Position numbers and translations under genes: made by a program. From Octopus vulgaris (lineage: Eukaryota): DNA of 64,000 bases. How positions within the stretch are numbered: position 1 is the stretch's first letter; every line of letters begins with the position of its first letter. The DNA lies in the NCBI GenBank assembly GCA_951406725.2, contig OX597828.1, positions 19,406,001-19,470,000 of the forward strand, read 5' to 3'. Below the pieces are notes generated by a model that was not told the DNA's origin, made no database searches, and saw nothing but the letters and a program-made list of their open reading frames with translations. This document shows, one piece after another, positions 1 through 14,165 of this stretch.

Positions 1-547
1 CAAATCGACCCCGGGACTTTGTAAGCCCAGTACTTATTCTATCGGTCTCTTTTGCCGAACCGCTAAGTTACGGGGACGTAAACACACCAGCATCGGTTGT
101 CAAGCAATGCTAGGGGAACAAACACAGACACACAAACATATTCACACACACTTATATATATATACATATATACGACAGGCTTCTTTCAGTTTCCGTCTAC
201 CAAATCCACTCACAAGGCATTGGTCGGCCCGGGGCTATAGCAGAAGACACGTGCCCAAGATGCCACGCAGTGGGACTGAACCCGGAACCATGTGGTTGGT
301 TAGCAAGCTACTTACCAAACAGCCACTCCCGCGCCTATATGTATAAACTCCTTCCATAATTAGTCCGCCATTTAACTCTCTCCTCTCCATTTTTTCTCAC
401 TCTTCTTCCCCCTTCGTTCTTCTCCGAAGTCTGATATACTCTCTCACATTTTTTTTTATGTATGTGTTGTGTATGGTGTCCCTTTACTCATTGCCTGCCA
501 TCATGCTTCGTATGTTAACTCACTTTCAATCTCTCTTTTACTTTCTC

Positions 548-586
<39 letters not shown>

Positions 587-650
587 TGCCATTCCCTCTG
601 TGTATGACTTAGAGCGTGGCTACAGACAACATCCAATCAACATTTATATC

Positions 651-880
651 GGCGGCGAGCTGGCAGAATCGTTAGCACGTCGGGTGAAATGCTTAGCGTT
701 AGTTCGTCTGTCGCTACGTTCTGAGTTCAAATTCCGCCGAGGTCGACTTTGCCTTTCATCCTTTCGGGGTCGATAAATAAAGTACCAGTTTCGCACTGGG
801 GTCGTTGTAATCGACTTAATCCGTTTGTCTGTCCTTATTTGTCCCCTCTATGTTTAGCCCCTTGTGGGCAATAAAGAAAA
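651..880 (+). mobile_element. tRNA-derived SINE family B (representative)
   Basis: GGCGGCGAGCTGGCAGAATCGTTAG..GAGTTCAAATTCC head, central GCCTTTCATCCTTTCGGGGTCGATAAA..GTACCAG (resembles a Meta-SINE-type domain), tail CCCCTTGTGGGCAATAAAG. Other copies at 1035-1190, 11890-12310, 22406-22625, 25205-25686, 26866-27240, 31965-32200, 35693-35925 and 40612-40830. Confidence 0.85.
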
Positions 881-2857
881 ATATTTAATTAGGTAGAGAT
901 GTGTGACAACCATGCAGTCATGCAGAACGCTTCTTAAAGGTGTCACTCTACTCCTCATCACTCAGTATATCTACATTTATCTGTCCTTACGACACCTACC
1001 AATTCACAAATTCCCCTCCTCTATAGAACTATTACCTATTTCTTTATTACCCACAAGGGGCTAAACAAGGACAGACATATGTATTACATCGACCCCAGTG
1101 CGTAACTAGTACTTAATTTATCGACCCCGAAAGGATGAAAGGCAAAGTCGACCTCGGCGGAATTTGAACTCACAACGTAGCGGCAGACCTATAAAACCTC
1201 TCTTAATTTTATCTTCTGCCAACACACGAATGACTATATCTTTCTCCTCTCCAGTTTTATTAATCTACCTCTTTAATTTTCTCTTCCTATTACCCCTATA
1301 AACAATGCACCTTTCCTCATTCTTTCTCTCGCTTCGCTACAAAACTCCTACTACCTCTCATATAATACCACCACCTCTCTTCCCACCCCTATTGTATTTA
1401 TTATTCGCTCTTTCTGCTCTATCTACCACTCACTCCCCTTGGAAAGTACGCTACTTTCACTACACCTCATTACCCCTCTCTCAGTTTGTTTTACTTATCG
1501 ATTTCTCACAAAAAGTACACTATTTCTCTCTTTCTCTTCCCCCTTTTTTGTATTACGCTGTCTACTCTACCTACTACTAACACGCAAAGCACACTCTCTC
1601 TTATTCTCACTCTCTCTTCTTACCTCAAAATCATTCACTCTTTATTTCTCTATCGCTATTTGCTCTCCAGCTTCACAGAACACACGTCTCTCTCTTTCTC
1701 TCTAAATATATACCTCTTTCTCTCTCTCCCTCATTATTTACTTACTCCTACCACATAAGCGGTGGTTTGGCAGAGGCGTAAAAATGCTTTCGGTATTTAG
1801 TTACATCCCCTTACATTCTCGAGTTCAAATTCCGCCAAGGTCAACTTGATTTTTCCATATTTCTGTTGTCAGCAACAATAAAATAGAATACTAATCAAGT
1901 TTTGGGGACGATTTAATATTCTAGGCATAAATGGAATTATAAGAGAAGGCTTCTACGGAACACACAACATACTCATGCTCCATCTCTACATAAAATGTCG
2001 AACATCTTTTCCACCTTATAAAACGTTCACCCACACTCAATCTCTCTCTCTCTCTCTTTCACTCTAAAACCACCCGCTCTATCATTACTATCTTCTGTCG
2101 TCTCAGGGAGCACACACACACTCATCTGCACATTCTCTCTCTCTCTCTCTTTTTCTCTCTGTTTCACTCTTTCACTGTCTTCTGTGTATGTCTTTCTTTC
2201 TCTCTTTCGCTCTTCGTATAACTACCTCCTACCGCATTATAATCTCTCTCTCTCCAACATACACAAAAATTAAATCTCTTACTACACCTCTCTCACTCTC
2301 TCCCCCCAGATATAAGTATTACTCGCTCTACCATCTAACACCTCACCAACACTAATCTTTCTCTTTCTTTAAAATTTACCCTCTCTCTCTATCTATCTAT
2401 CTTATCTCCCACCATCACCTCACAGAACAAACACGCAGTCTCCTTCATCACTAATAATCTCATCACTTATGAGCTGTACAACACGCACTGTCTTCTCTGA
2501 TAATATAATGCCAAGGAGATACCGGTACAGTGGACAGCATCAGTATAAACTTAATTATTTCTGTCACTAGAATCGGGATCTAATGTAAGTGTTATTACTA
2601 ATCTACCTCGTTCTTTTATAGACGATCAAGTTCTAACTATAAACATATCCTTCACTTTCCATCTCTGCCACTCTCTCTCTCTCTCTCATAATCATAATAA
2701 TGGTTTCAGATTTTGGCATAGTTCGTTTTATTCTATTTTCTTTTTAGTTCGAATACAATTTCTACCTATGTATGTGATCTATCTTATCTGTATTATGCGC
2801 GCACACACACATACGTATGTGTGTGTACATGTATATGCATACATATGCATATATAGA

Positions 2858-2901
<44 letters not shown>

Positions 2902-3804
2902 GGAGAATACTCGTTATAAATATCACCACCAGTGGCCTAGCATGTATAAAAAGTCAATAGACAACATATTCGTATTTCAAAATAGAAAATTACCCTTTGA
3001 CAGGTAATTTTTACGTGCTAGAAATAGCAGCCAACACGGCCAAAAACCACAATTTTATAGCAAATTTCGAACTAGATGAAAAATAAAACCCTTACCTTGT
3101 TATATATATATATATATACACACACACATATATATATTTATATATATATATATATATATAAGTATTAGTTATAACTGATCTATCAGTTTGTATGTTTGTC
3201 CAGAAAGCTAAAGAGATATTTCTCTTGTTTCTCTATCCTTCTTGTTGTTAAAGGCTATTCTGTATATGCCTTACTATTATTTATCTGTGTACATAAATAC
3301 ATAACATACATGTGTGTATGCAGCACTAACTTGCTGTCTTCTTTTTTTTTCCTGGCTATTTCGTCTCTAGATATCTGTCTATATATTTATCCGTCTATGT
3401 ATATGTATAATATGTATGTACGTATACACATGCACACACACACACACATATAATATATATGCCTGTGTATAATGGTAATGTCGAATATATGCGTAAACAA
3501 CGACCTCCTGTACTGTTCAGAAGGGACCACGAAGAAACTACATGCTGGAATCCCCGAATGTGTATTAAAAATGTAAAGCATGGTATACTATAAAGCGATA
3601 ATTTTAGTTTATTTAGTATTAATAACAGCTTCCTTCGTTGGCTCATAAAGTATTACTTATTCACATTACACATGTGGAATCTCAGAATATCTACAAAACG
3701 ATATCATTAGATAGCAATTACATCGGTTTAATTAATCGTAAGTAGTCACGTAAAATGATTTATTTATTAAGTGGATGACTGTTGAATGTCATTTGTCTGT
3801 GTAT

Positions 3805-4452
3805 AATATACATACATACACACACAAACATACACACACACACATATATATATATATATATGTGTGTGTGTATGTATGTATGTATGTATGTATATATGTA
3901 TGTATGTATATATGTATGTATGTATATATGTATGTATGTATATATGTATGTATGTATATATGTATATATGTATGTATGTATATATGTATGTATGTATATA
4001 TATATATGTATGTATATATATATATGTATGTATGTATATATGTATGTATGTATGTATATATGTATGTATGTATGTATATATGTATATATGTATGTATATA
4101 TGTATGTATGTATATATATATATGTATGTATGTATATATGTATGTATGTATATATGTATGTATATATATATATGTATGTATGTATATATGTATGTATATA
4201 TATATATGTATGTATGTATATATGTATGTATGTATGTATATATGTATGTATGTATATATGTATGTATATATATATGTATGTATATAGGTATGTATATATA
4301 TATGTATGTATGTATATATGTATGTATATATATATGTATGTATGTATGTATATATGTATGTATATATATATATGTATGTATGTATGTATATATGTATGTG
4401 TATATATATAAATAGACAGTTACATGATTGTATGTGTGTATATAAATGGATT

Positions 4453-4494
<42 letters not shown>

Positions 4495-4500
4495 TGTATA
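3805..4500. repeat. Compound (TA)/(TATG) microsatellite
   Basis: Direct inspection; the source of the YI/MYVC pseudo-ORFs. Confidence 0.95.
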
Positions 4501-4854
4501 TTTGACATCTACATACAACTGCCAGCACAAGACACAAAAGAAAAGGTTGACAGTGACTTCGAAGTTTCGACCTAGATGCCGCATCCAACAATTTTAATGC
4601 TTTTCTAGCTATTTACCCATCTGTTTGTCTACATAGACAAATTATATTGGTACATCCATCCATCCATCCATCCATCTCTTTCTAGCCCGAAACCCCAGAG
4701 GCCTTATCTCTGCTTAGCTATCCCGTTATGTCTTTCATTCTGTCTATTTATCCTTGTATTCATTTGATTCACTGTATGTAGTTCTACATGTGTAATCTAT
4801 ATGTCCCTGTATCCGTTCCTATCTCTATGTGTAGGTATGCATTTATCTATCCGT

Positions 4855-4860
4855 CTGTCC

Positions 4861-4932
<72 letters not shown>

Positions 4933-5164
4933 GTCCTTGTCTGTCTGTATCTATCTCTCAGTCTATATCTATCTGTCTATCTCTCTGTCTATATCTCTCT
5001 ATATCTATCTATCTATCTATCTATCTATCTAACTGTCTGTCTGTCTGTCTTTCTATCTAACTGTTTATCTATCTCTCTATCTAACTGTCTATCTGTCTAT
5101 TTAACTGTCTATCTGTCTATTTAAGTGTCTGTCTATCTATCTGTCTGTCTTTCTATCTAACTGT

Positions 5165-5228
<64 letters not shown>

Positions 5229-5292
5229 ATATCTATATATCTATCTATCTGTCTGTCTATCTGGCTACATGTCTCTCTCTGTCTGTCTGTCT
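4855..5292. repeat. (ATCT)/(GTCT) microsatellite
   Basis: Direct inspection. Confidence 0.95.
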
Positions 5293-6589
5293 ACTTGTCC
5301 ATCTCTTGGCTATCTGATACCTGTTCTCTCCTCTAGCCATTTGTCTGAACCTTATTACGCCACTTAGTAGATTATTCTCAGACATTCTGATACAGATACA
5401 AATCATATACAATGCTCCAGTGTATTTGGTTATAGTTCTATTAAAGGGCCCAAAGAAAAGAAAACATGTCACTATATGTGCTTGTTTCATATTCAATATC
5501 ATGCTACATATATTTTCAGCTATGGCTTATACACTGTTTTTGTATATCAATGTGTTGTCCATTGACCTTTTAAGACGGCAGGATGTAATTTGAGAGATCT
5601 CTTTTACTTGTTTCAGTCATGTGAGTGTGGCCATGCTGGAGTACCTCCTTTAGTCGAGCAAATCGACCCCAGGACTTATTCTTTGTAAGCCTAGTATTTA
5701 TTCTATCAGTCTCTTTTGTCGAATCGCTACGTTACGGGGACGTAAACACACCAGCATCGGTTGTCAAGCGATGTTGGGGAGGGGACAAACACAGACACAC
5801 AAACATATACACACACACACACACATATGCATATACATATATACGACGGGCTTCTTTCGGATTCCGTCTACCAAATCCATTTACAAGGCTTTAGTCGGCC
5901 CGAGGTGCCATGCAGTGGGACTGAACCCGGAACCATGTGGTTCATTAGCAAGCTACTTACCACACAGCCGTTTAACTATTATTGCTTCCAGATCGAATGA
6001 TCGCGTAGCAACTTCCTCCTTGTCCCATAAAGCATGTTCGAATTTCAGCATGTTTTTATAGGACACATCGATAGTCTTTAAATTACATCTGCAAAACCTC
6101 ACTGGAGTCGCGAGTTTTTCTATGGAAAATAGTAATATTTAGTTATCGTATCACTTTGATGACCTAACTACAGATGTTGTTTCTTAATAATTTACCTTAA
6201 AAAAAGAAAAGAAAATATCTCTTTTGTTTTTGTCATCGAACTGTAGAACTGCCGGGGCACCACCTTGAAGGGTTTTTAGGCGAACGAATCGATCCTGGTA
6301 CTTGATTTATTTCTAAACGTGCTACATATCTATCGGTGTTTTTTGCCGAACCGCCAGTCACAGGGATGTAAACAAAGCAATACTGGTTGTCAAGCGGTTT
6401 CTTAGCTTTCAAATGATACCACCCTGCTGGCTAGATGAACAGGCCAACATTTCCCCTGACTGGAAGGCTAGTCCATTGTGGTGTTATTTATTTGCAGCCA
6501 GAGTAGACTGGAACAACATGGTCTGGGAATCAAACCCACGATCTGGCGGTTGCCAGTGTAACATCTTAACCACTAGGCCACACACCTTC

Positions 6590-6651
<62 letters not shown>

Positions 6652-7016
6652 TCTTTACCCTTTTTACTTGTTTCAGTCATTTGACTGCGGCCATGCTGGA
6701 GCACCACCTTTTAGTACTTATTCTATCGGTCTCTTTTTGCCGAACCGCTAAGTGACGGGGACATAAACACACCAGCATCGGTTGTCAAGCAATGCTAGGG
6801 GGACAAAGACAGACACACAAACACACACATATACATATATATACATATATACGACAGGCTTCTTTCAGTTTCCGTCTACCAAATCCACTCACAAGGCATT
6901 TTTTTAGGAGGGGGTAGCCACAGCGAGACACACACCAGGCATTCCATTCGTTTCCCAGCTCAATGATAGCAGCCCCTACACGCAATTTTTTTCTCTCCTT
7001 GTTTCTTTTCTGTGTA

Positions 7017-7054
7017 TCTTTCTGTCGAAGAGCGTAGGCTCGAAACGTAAAAGA
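7017..7054 (+). ncRNA. Minimal type-I hammerhead ribozyme variant in a Penelope-like remnant (element ~6905-7155)
   Basis: tcttt-CTGTCGA-a-gagc(gtag)gctc-GAAA-cg-TA-aaaga. Stem I 5 bp, stem II 4 bp, palindromic ACGT in place of stem III; core carries A6U. Confidence 0.6.
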
Positions 7055-8900
7055 CTTGTTTTATTTCTATTCCTGAGCGCCATACTAATACATTGTTTGT
7101 TTGTTCTCCACCTGCCTTCGTCTTTTGTTTATTTTCGTAAACCTTCTCATTATATTTATATATATATATATATAACAAATGGATATTGTAGTTAAGATAC
7201 CCGTGCTGGTGACACGTTAATAGCACCATCCGAATGTGGCAGTTGCCAGCGCCGCCTGACTGGCGTCCATGTCGGTGACACGTAAAAAGCACCAACTGAT
7301 CATGGTCGTTTGCCAGCCTTATCTGGCCCCTGCGCTGGTGGCACATAAAAGCACCCACTACACTCATGGAGTGGTTGGCATTAGGAAGGGCATCCAGCTG
7401 TAGAAACACTGCCAGATCAGACTGGAGTCTGGTGCAGCCTCCTGGCTTCCCAGACCCCAGTCGAACCGTCCAACCCATGCTAGCATGGAAAACGGACATT
7501 AAACAATGATGATGATATAACACACACATATATATATATATATATATACAAAAATTCAGGGTGAATACTTGATAATTGTAAGCACCTGTATATACCATTT
7601 AGTGGTGTAGGTGATAGAGTATATTAATCAAAATAAAAACATGATGCCAAGGATAACAAGTCTTTGGGTCAGCCCAGGGCTTTGGTAGAAGATGCTTGCT
7701 CAAGATATCTCACAGTGTGACTGAACCTCGAACCATGTGGTTGGGAAGCAAGCCTCTTACCACACAGCCACACCTGCACTTGTTGAAAATTTTATTTATA
7801 AATATCCATCCCTTTTTAGAAAGTTATGAGGAAACAAAGTCAGTTGATGCACACGTCTGGAGTTACACCCAGTTTGAATACCAAGTAGTGGTTGGATTTT
7901 GGTAAAATGTGAAATCCAATGGAACTAGTGATGACGCATTAATTACTCTAAGAGAAAGTCCTGTACGTTAGTTACAATGTGTTATGAATGAAGAATTCAA
8001 TGTGTCACACACCATTATTTGTTTGAGGAGTGGCTGTGTGGTAAGTAGCTTGCTTACAAACCACATGGTTCCGGGTTCAGTCCCACTGCGTGGTACCTTG
8101 GGCAAGTGTCTTCTACTATAGCCTCAGGCCAACCAAAGCCTTGTGAGTGGATTTGGTAGACGGAAACTGAAAGAAGCCTGTCGTATATATGTATATATAT
8201 ATATATGTATGTGTGTGTGTATATGTTTGTGTGTCTGTCTTTGTCCCCCCATCCACCCAACATCACTTGACAACCGATGCTGGTGTGTTTACGTCCCCAT
8301 AACTTAGCGGTTCAACAAAAGAGTCTGATAGAATAAGTACTAAGCTTACAAAGAATAAGTCTTGGGGGTCGATTTGCTCGACTAAAGGTGGTGCTCCAGA
8401 GTAGAAGAGCAGTTGGATTGAACCTGAATCCACATGGCTTGTGAAGCAAACTTTACAACTACTCACCTATGGATGCATCCACTTCTCTAAGATTCACTAA
8501 CAACTGATATTAGCTTTTCCTGTTTCTCCAACAATAATAATTCTTAAAAACCAAGAATTTATTATGTATAGTGAAAGTATATGTATATACTCATACACAC
8601 ACATACACATGGTGGGGAACTAGGAAACTGGCCCCTGATGATTTTTTACATTCTTTTCACTACACTCAGTGAAGTGGATAGCAGTAGGAAGAGCATCCAG
8701 CTGTAGTAGCTATACCTAAGCAAACACAGAGCCTGGCACAACCCCTGGCTTGTTTGTTGTCAAATCGTCCAATTCATGCCAGCATGGAAAAGGTGAGGTT
8801 AAACGATGATGATAATGAATATGAGGATGTTGATAAGCAAACCTGCAAAGATTGTTAGACTTTATAAATGCTAAAAAACGACATAGAATTAGCATTGATA

Positions 8901-9120
8901 CTAGCAGTATCGCCCGGCGTTGCTCGAGTTTGTTTCGACCCTTTAGAATTGGAATTTTTGAAAAGTAAAAATTTTGCATTATGTAGTTTGTTATTCGCTT
9001 TAAGTGAACATTTTTCTGGTTGAAATACACCGAAAAATGGCGACATAGCAGTAAAAAAATCGTAAAAAATAGGGATTTTCATAGAAAAAAAAGCACCTTT
9101 TTGATGTAAATAAGTTTTAC
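8901..9120 (-). mobile_element. Non-autonomous Helitron 3' fragment
   Basis: Minus strand ends CTCGAGCAACGCCGGGC-gatactg-CTAG|T, the same GCAACGCCGGG hairpin-plus-CTAG terminus as at 50939. Confidence 0.65.
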
Positions 9121-10566
9121 CACACCTATATCAGGCGAAATACTCAACAACGTTTTGTCCATTCTTTCATTGTCTTCAAATTCCACCAAGGTCGACTTTG
9201 CCTTTCAGCTTTTTGGGATCAATAAAATAAGTACCAGTTTAGTGCTAGGGATCAATATAATCGACTTAATTGATGGTCTTGTACCAAAATTTGAAACCAA
9301 TATGTCCTATAAAAGTCAGCTGTTTATGTATGTGGCATGAAAAGTAGCTTGCATGAAAAAACAAGTAAGGTTTGGCTACAAGAAAAAAGCGGTCAACCGT
9401 ATCTTTATTTTTGAATTGTTTGCCTGTTCTTTTCTTCTGCTTCATCCCAAGTAATTGTTGGTCACCCACAAGGGGCTAAACACAGAGAGGACAAACAAGG
9501 ACAGACAAACGGAATAAGGGAATAAGTCGATTATATCGACCCCTGTGCGTAACTGGTACTTAATTTATCGACCCTGAAAGGATGAAAGGCAAAATCGACC
9601 TCGGTAGAATTTGAAATCAGAACGTAACGGCAGACGAAATAGAAATACAGCGTGCTAGCTAACGTGGCAGAAACGTTAGCTAGCACGCTGTATTTCTATT
9701 TCGTCTGCCGTTACGTTCTGAGTTCAAATTCTGCCGAGGTCGACTTATTCCGTTTGTCTGTCCTTGTTTGTCCTCTCTGTGTTTAGCCCCTTGTGGGTAG
9801 TAAATGAAGAATGAAACCTACAACTACTCTACTTGTTTGTTACTTGTTTGTGTTTCCATAGACAACCTGTTGAACTCCACTCTGTGTGTGTGTGTGTACT
9901 TATTTTTGGTTGAGTGTAGAGAGAAGAGAGAGGGATTGTGTGTGTGTGTTAATGTGTATGTATATGTAAGGATGAGAAACAGAGAGAGAGTGTGTGTGTG
10001 TTTTTTTTTATTTAGTTCTCTGCTCCGCCTGATTGTTCTCTTTCAAGATGTCGTGTCAGCTACATCCTGGTCAGTCACATGACACGTGGGAGGTGAGGTA
10101 GGGTGAGACAGATGATGGCTAGCAAACCCTTCACCAGTTGTGGTGTTCATAGCAAAGGACACCCCAACCCCTGCCTTGTGGCATTATATTGTTGTGGAAG
10201 TAGACACTGATGATGATAATAATGATGATGATGCTGATAAGAGAAAGGTTGCAGTGAATGGTGCTGGTGGTGATGTTGTTGTTGTTGTTGTTGGTGGTGG
10301 TGGTAGAAGTTCAACTGGAGCTCTTTTGTTTTATACCTTGCTTGTTTCTGTCATTTGACTGCAGGCCATGCTGGAGCACCTCTTTGAAGAATTTGTAGTC
10401 GAATGAATCAACTCCATTACTTATTAATCTTTTGAACTTGATTACTTATTTTATTGGTCTCTTTTGCCAAACCACAAAGTTATGAGAATGTAAATACACC
10501 AAGACTGCCTGTCAGGTGATGCTGGGAGGTGGGGGCAGGGATAAAGACACACACTCATAGGAGTTA

Positions 10567-10606
<40 letters not shown>

Positions 10607-10609
<3 letters not shown>

Positions 10610-11220
10610 TCATCATCATCGTTTAACGTCTGCTTTCCATGCTAGCATGGGTTAGACAATTTGACTGAGGACTGGCAAACCAGATGGCTGCACCAGGCTC
10701 CAATCTTGATCTAGCAGAGTTTCCGCAGCTGGATGCCCTTCCTAATGCCAACCACCCCGAGAGTGTAGTGGGTGATTTTACGTGCCACCGGCATGAGGAC
10801 CAGTCAGGTGGTACTGGCAATGGCCATGCTCAATAGCGTTTTTTACGTGCTATCTGCACAGGAGCCAGCCCAGCGGCACTGGCAACAACCTCGCTCAAAT
10901 GTTTTTTCACGTGCCACCGACACAAGTGCCAGTAAGATGATGCTGGTAACGATCACGCTCAAATGAAGCTTTTTACATGCCACTGGCACAGAAGCCAGTT
11001 CGCCGCTCTGGCAACGATCACGCTCGAGTGGTGCTCTTAGCGCTCCACTAACATGAATGCCAGTCGTTGAATTTGATTTAGATTTCACTTGCCTCAACAG
11101 GTCTTCGCAAGCAGAGTTTAGTGTCCAATGAAGGAAAGGTACACATGAGTGGACTGGTTACACCCCTGGCATAGGCCATGAGGTTATGGTCTCATTTGGC
11201 TAACCGGGTCTTCTCAAGCA
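10607..11220 (-). mobile_element. RTE LINE 3' UTR copy
   Basis: Collinear with 57565-58160, from (CAT)n to gtcttctcaagca. Confidence 0.8.
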
Positions 11221-11845
11221 CGTATATATATTATGGGCTCCTTTCAGTTTCCGGCTACCATATCCACTCATAAGGCTTTGGTTAGTTCAAATGCTTCAAT
11301 AGAAGACACTTGCCCAAAGTGCCATGCAGTAGGACTGAACCCAGAACCATGTAGTTGGGAAACAAATTTCTTACCACTAAACCACTATTTAAATTTCTTT
11401 TTTTGTTTCTGAAGCTGTTCAGGTGTTGACAGAATTGAAATTAGAACTTAGCCGTTAGGCCCTTCTTTTAAAGGACTGGGGGTTGTCCAACAACCTGGAA
11501 GGATTTGAACTTGGCACTGCAATTAACAAATCACTAGTTTTTATCTTTTATTGTTTGTCTTTCACTTGTTTCAGCTGTAGGATTGTGGCCACGCTGGTGC
11601 ACCACTTTAAAGAGTTTACTCACATTAACTCGAGTACTTGTTCTGTTGGTCTTGTTTTGCAGAACTGCTAAGTTGCAGTAACATAAACAAACCAACACTG
11701 GTTGTCAAGGGATTGCTATGCAATGGGTTTGACATCTGATGTGTGTTGAGTTGATGGAGGGTGTGAGCTAACGTGCAGCTCATACATTTGATCAATATAA
11801 ACAAGCTATTTGTGCAGGTTACTCAGCAAGAAATCGTGGAACTGT

Positions 11846-11883
<38 letters not shown>

Positions 11884-12374
11884 TGTGCTTTTCTACTCTA
11901 GGCACAAGGCCCAAACTTTTGGAGGAGGGTGCCAGTTGATTAGATCGACCCCAGTCCGAAACTGGTACTTAATTTATTGACCCTGAAAGGATGAAAGGCA
12001 AAGTCGAACCCAGAATGTAAAAACAGATGAAATACCGCTAAGCATTTCACCCGGCATGCTAATGCTTCTGCCAGCTCACCACCTTAAGGGACAATATAAT
12101 AATCTTTTCTACACTTGGCACAAGGCCTGAAATATTGGGGGAGGGGACCAATTGATTAGATCAACCCCAGTATGCAACTGGTACTTAATTTATTGACCCT
12201 GAAAGGGTGAAAGGCAGTCAACCTCAGTGGAATTTGAACTCAGAATATAATGACAGAAGAAATACCACTAAGCATTTCGTGTGCTAACATTTCAGCCAGC
12301 TTGCTGCCTTACACATATATAAATATGACAGGTTTCCACAGTTTCTATCAATCAAATTTAGTCATAAGGCATTG

Positions 12375-12802
12375 CAGCGCTGGATTAACCATTAAGCAAA
12401 ATAAGCACATGCTTAGGGCATCAAGGGAAGGTGGGGGGAACTACAGAAATGGTAAATGGTTTACAGCACAAAAGAAATCACATTAAACTTGCTAAAGTAA
12501 TATTCGGGATGCCTTTATCTCTACTAAGTACAAATGAAGATGTGTTACCTAAGATTCGTTTTGAGGATCTGATCAAAGACTTTGCAATTCAAAAAAGTAG
12601 GAGGAAACTTTTCAAATATAAATAAAGTGGAAGTATACAAAAATAAACATTATTTTCCCTTCTAACTGTTTTGTTTCGTTTTGAAGAATAAAAATTTATT
12701 TTATGGTTTGTTATTGTTTATATTTTGAATTACATAATCTTTTATGGGGGCACCAAAATCTTTTAAGTGCTTAGGGCCTCAATGGGTCTTAATCTGACTC
12801 TG
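12375..12802 (+). mobile_element. Non-autonomous hAT deletion derivative, 428 bp
   Basis: Ends CAGCGCTGGATTAA and TTAATCTGACTCTG. Exact 8-bp TSD AGGCATTG (12367-12374 and 12803-12810). Internal LSLLSTNEDVLPKIRFEDLIKDFAIQKSRRK resembles a hAT transposase C-terminus. Inserted into a SINE. Confidence 0.88.
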
Positions 12803-13035
12803 AGGCATTGGTCAGTCTGGGGCTATAGTAGAAGATACTTGCCTAAGGTGGTATGCAGTGAAACTGAACCCAAAACTACATGGTTGCAAAGAAAGGTTTT
12901 TAATCCCATAGCTATACCTGTGCCTCATTTTTGCATGAGTTAGATGAATAATTATTTTTAAGTCAATGTAAAAAAAATATTGCCCCAAGTGAAATATACT
13001 CAAACAACAACCGGTGAGTGTATTTATAAGTTCTA

Positions 13036-13252
13036 TTAACCCTTTAGTGTTCCGATTATTCTATCAAACATAATGCTTATTGATTCACATTGATTTGAAT
13101 TTATCGTGCATTATCTCATATTTTCAAGATCTTGATGGTGTAATTACTTAATGTAGAATAACATTGTAGGGTAGGTGTGAGAGCCTGGATCTGGTCAGTT
13201 TGAACATAAAACAGATTAAATATTTTGGCCGGTTTAAATACTAAAGGGTTAA
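13036..13252. mobile_element. piggyBac-type MITE, family 1
   Basis: TTAA-CCCTTTAG ... CTAAAGGG-TTAA termini. Related copies at ~19090-19318, 38140-39240 (nested, SINE-interrupted), 39880-40053 and 63140-63300. Confidence 0.7.
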
Positions 13253-13279
13253 TATGACTCTTCCTAAATATTAAGGTGC

Positions 13280-13596
13280 ACTCCGTCAGTTACAATGACG
13301 AGGGTCCCAGCTGATATGATGAACGGAACAGCTTGGTCATGAAATTAATGTGCAAGTGGCTGAGCACTCCACAGACACGTGCACCTTTAAGTTCTCAGGG
13401 AGATTCGACATGACACAGAGTGTGACAAGGCTGGCTCTTTGAAATGCAGGTACAACTCATTTTTGCCAGCTGAGTGGACTGGAGCAACGTGAAATAAAGT
13501 GTCTTGCTCAAGTACACAATGTGTCACCAAGAATTGAACTCATGATCTTACAATTGCGAGTCGAATGCCCTAACCACTAAGCCACGTGCCTTCACT
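13280..13596 (-). mobile_element. tRNA-derived SINE family D
   Basis: GTGGCTTAGTGGTTAGGG head and TTGAGCAAGACACTTTATTTCACGTTGCTCCAGTCCACTCAGCTG core. Other copies at 16110-16350(-), 39448-39700(+), 42125-42300(+) and 48088-48420(+). Confidence 0.75.
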
Positions 13597-14165
13597 CCTA
13601 AATGTAACAGTACTGGTTTCTTCTAATGCATGGTTTCGGATTAAAATTCTTGCAAAATGAATTCAGAATATCAACGGTAATATTTCTACAAAATATTCAT
13701 ATGTTTGTGTGGCAAGGTTTTTGCCTTTCAACCATATGGTTCTGGGTTCAGTCCCACTGCCTGGCACCTTAGGTAAGTATCTTCTACTATAGCCTCAAGC
13801 TGACCAAAGCCTTGTGGGTGTATTTGGTGAATGGAAACTACAAGAATCCCATCATATATATGTGTGTGTGTGTCTGTGTCTGCTTTTGTCCTCCACCACA
13901 ACTTGACAACCGGTGTTGGTTTTTTTTACTTCCCCATAACTTAGCAGTTCAACAAAAGTGGCTAACAGAGTTATGTACTGGGGTTGTTTCTTTGACCAAA
14001 GTCCTTCAAGGTAGTGTCATAGCATGACTAAAAGAAGTAAAAGATAAAAGATGTTATTTACTACACTCATTTTGTGTGTGTGTGAGAGTTTTTTTTTTAA
14101 ATGAATCTCTTTGTGACCGGGCTTTGAACCAGCTACATTTTGACTATGTATCTTTTATATTTCAG

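Noticed and set aside
107-346. Recurrent short ORFs such as RQASFSFRLPNPLTRHWSARGYSRRH
   Set aside because: Antisense translations of SINE family A, not a protein family.
3767-4591. Long ORFs of 170-274 aa on both strands (also 46658-47314)
   Set aside because: Translations of (TA)/(TATG) microsatellites; stop-free only because of repeat composition.
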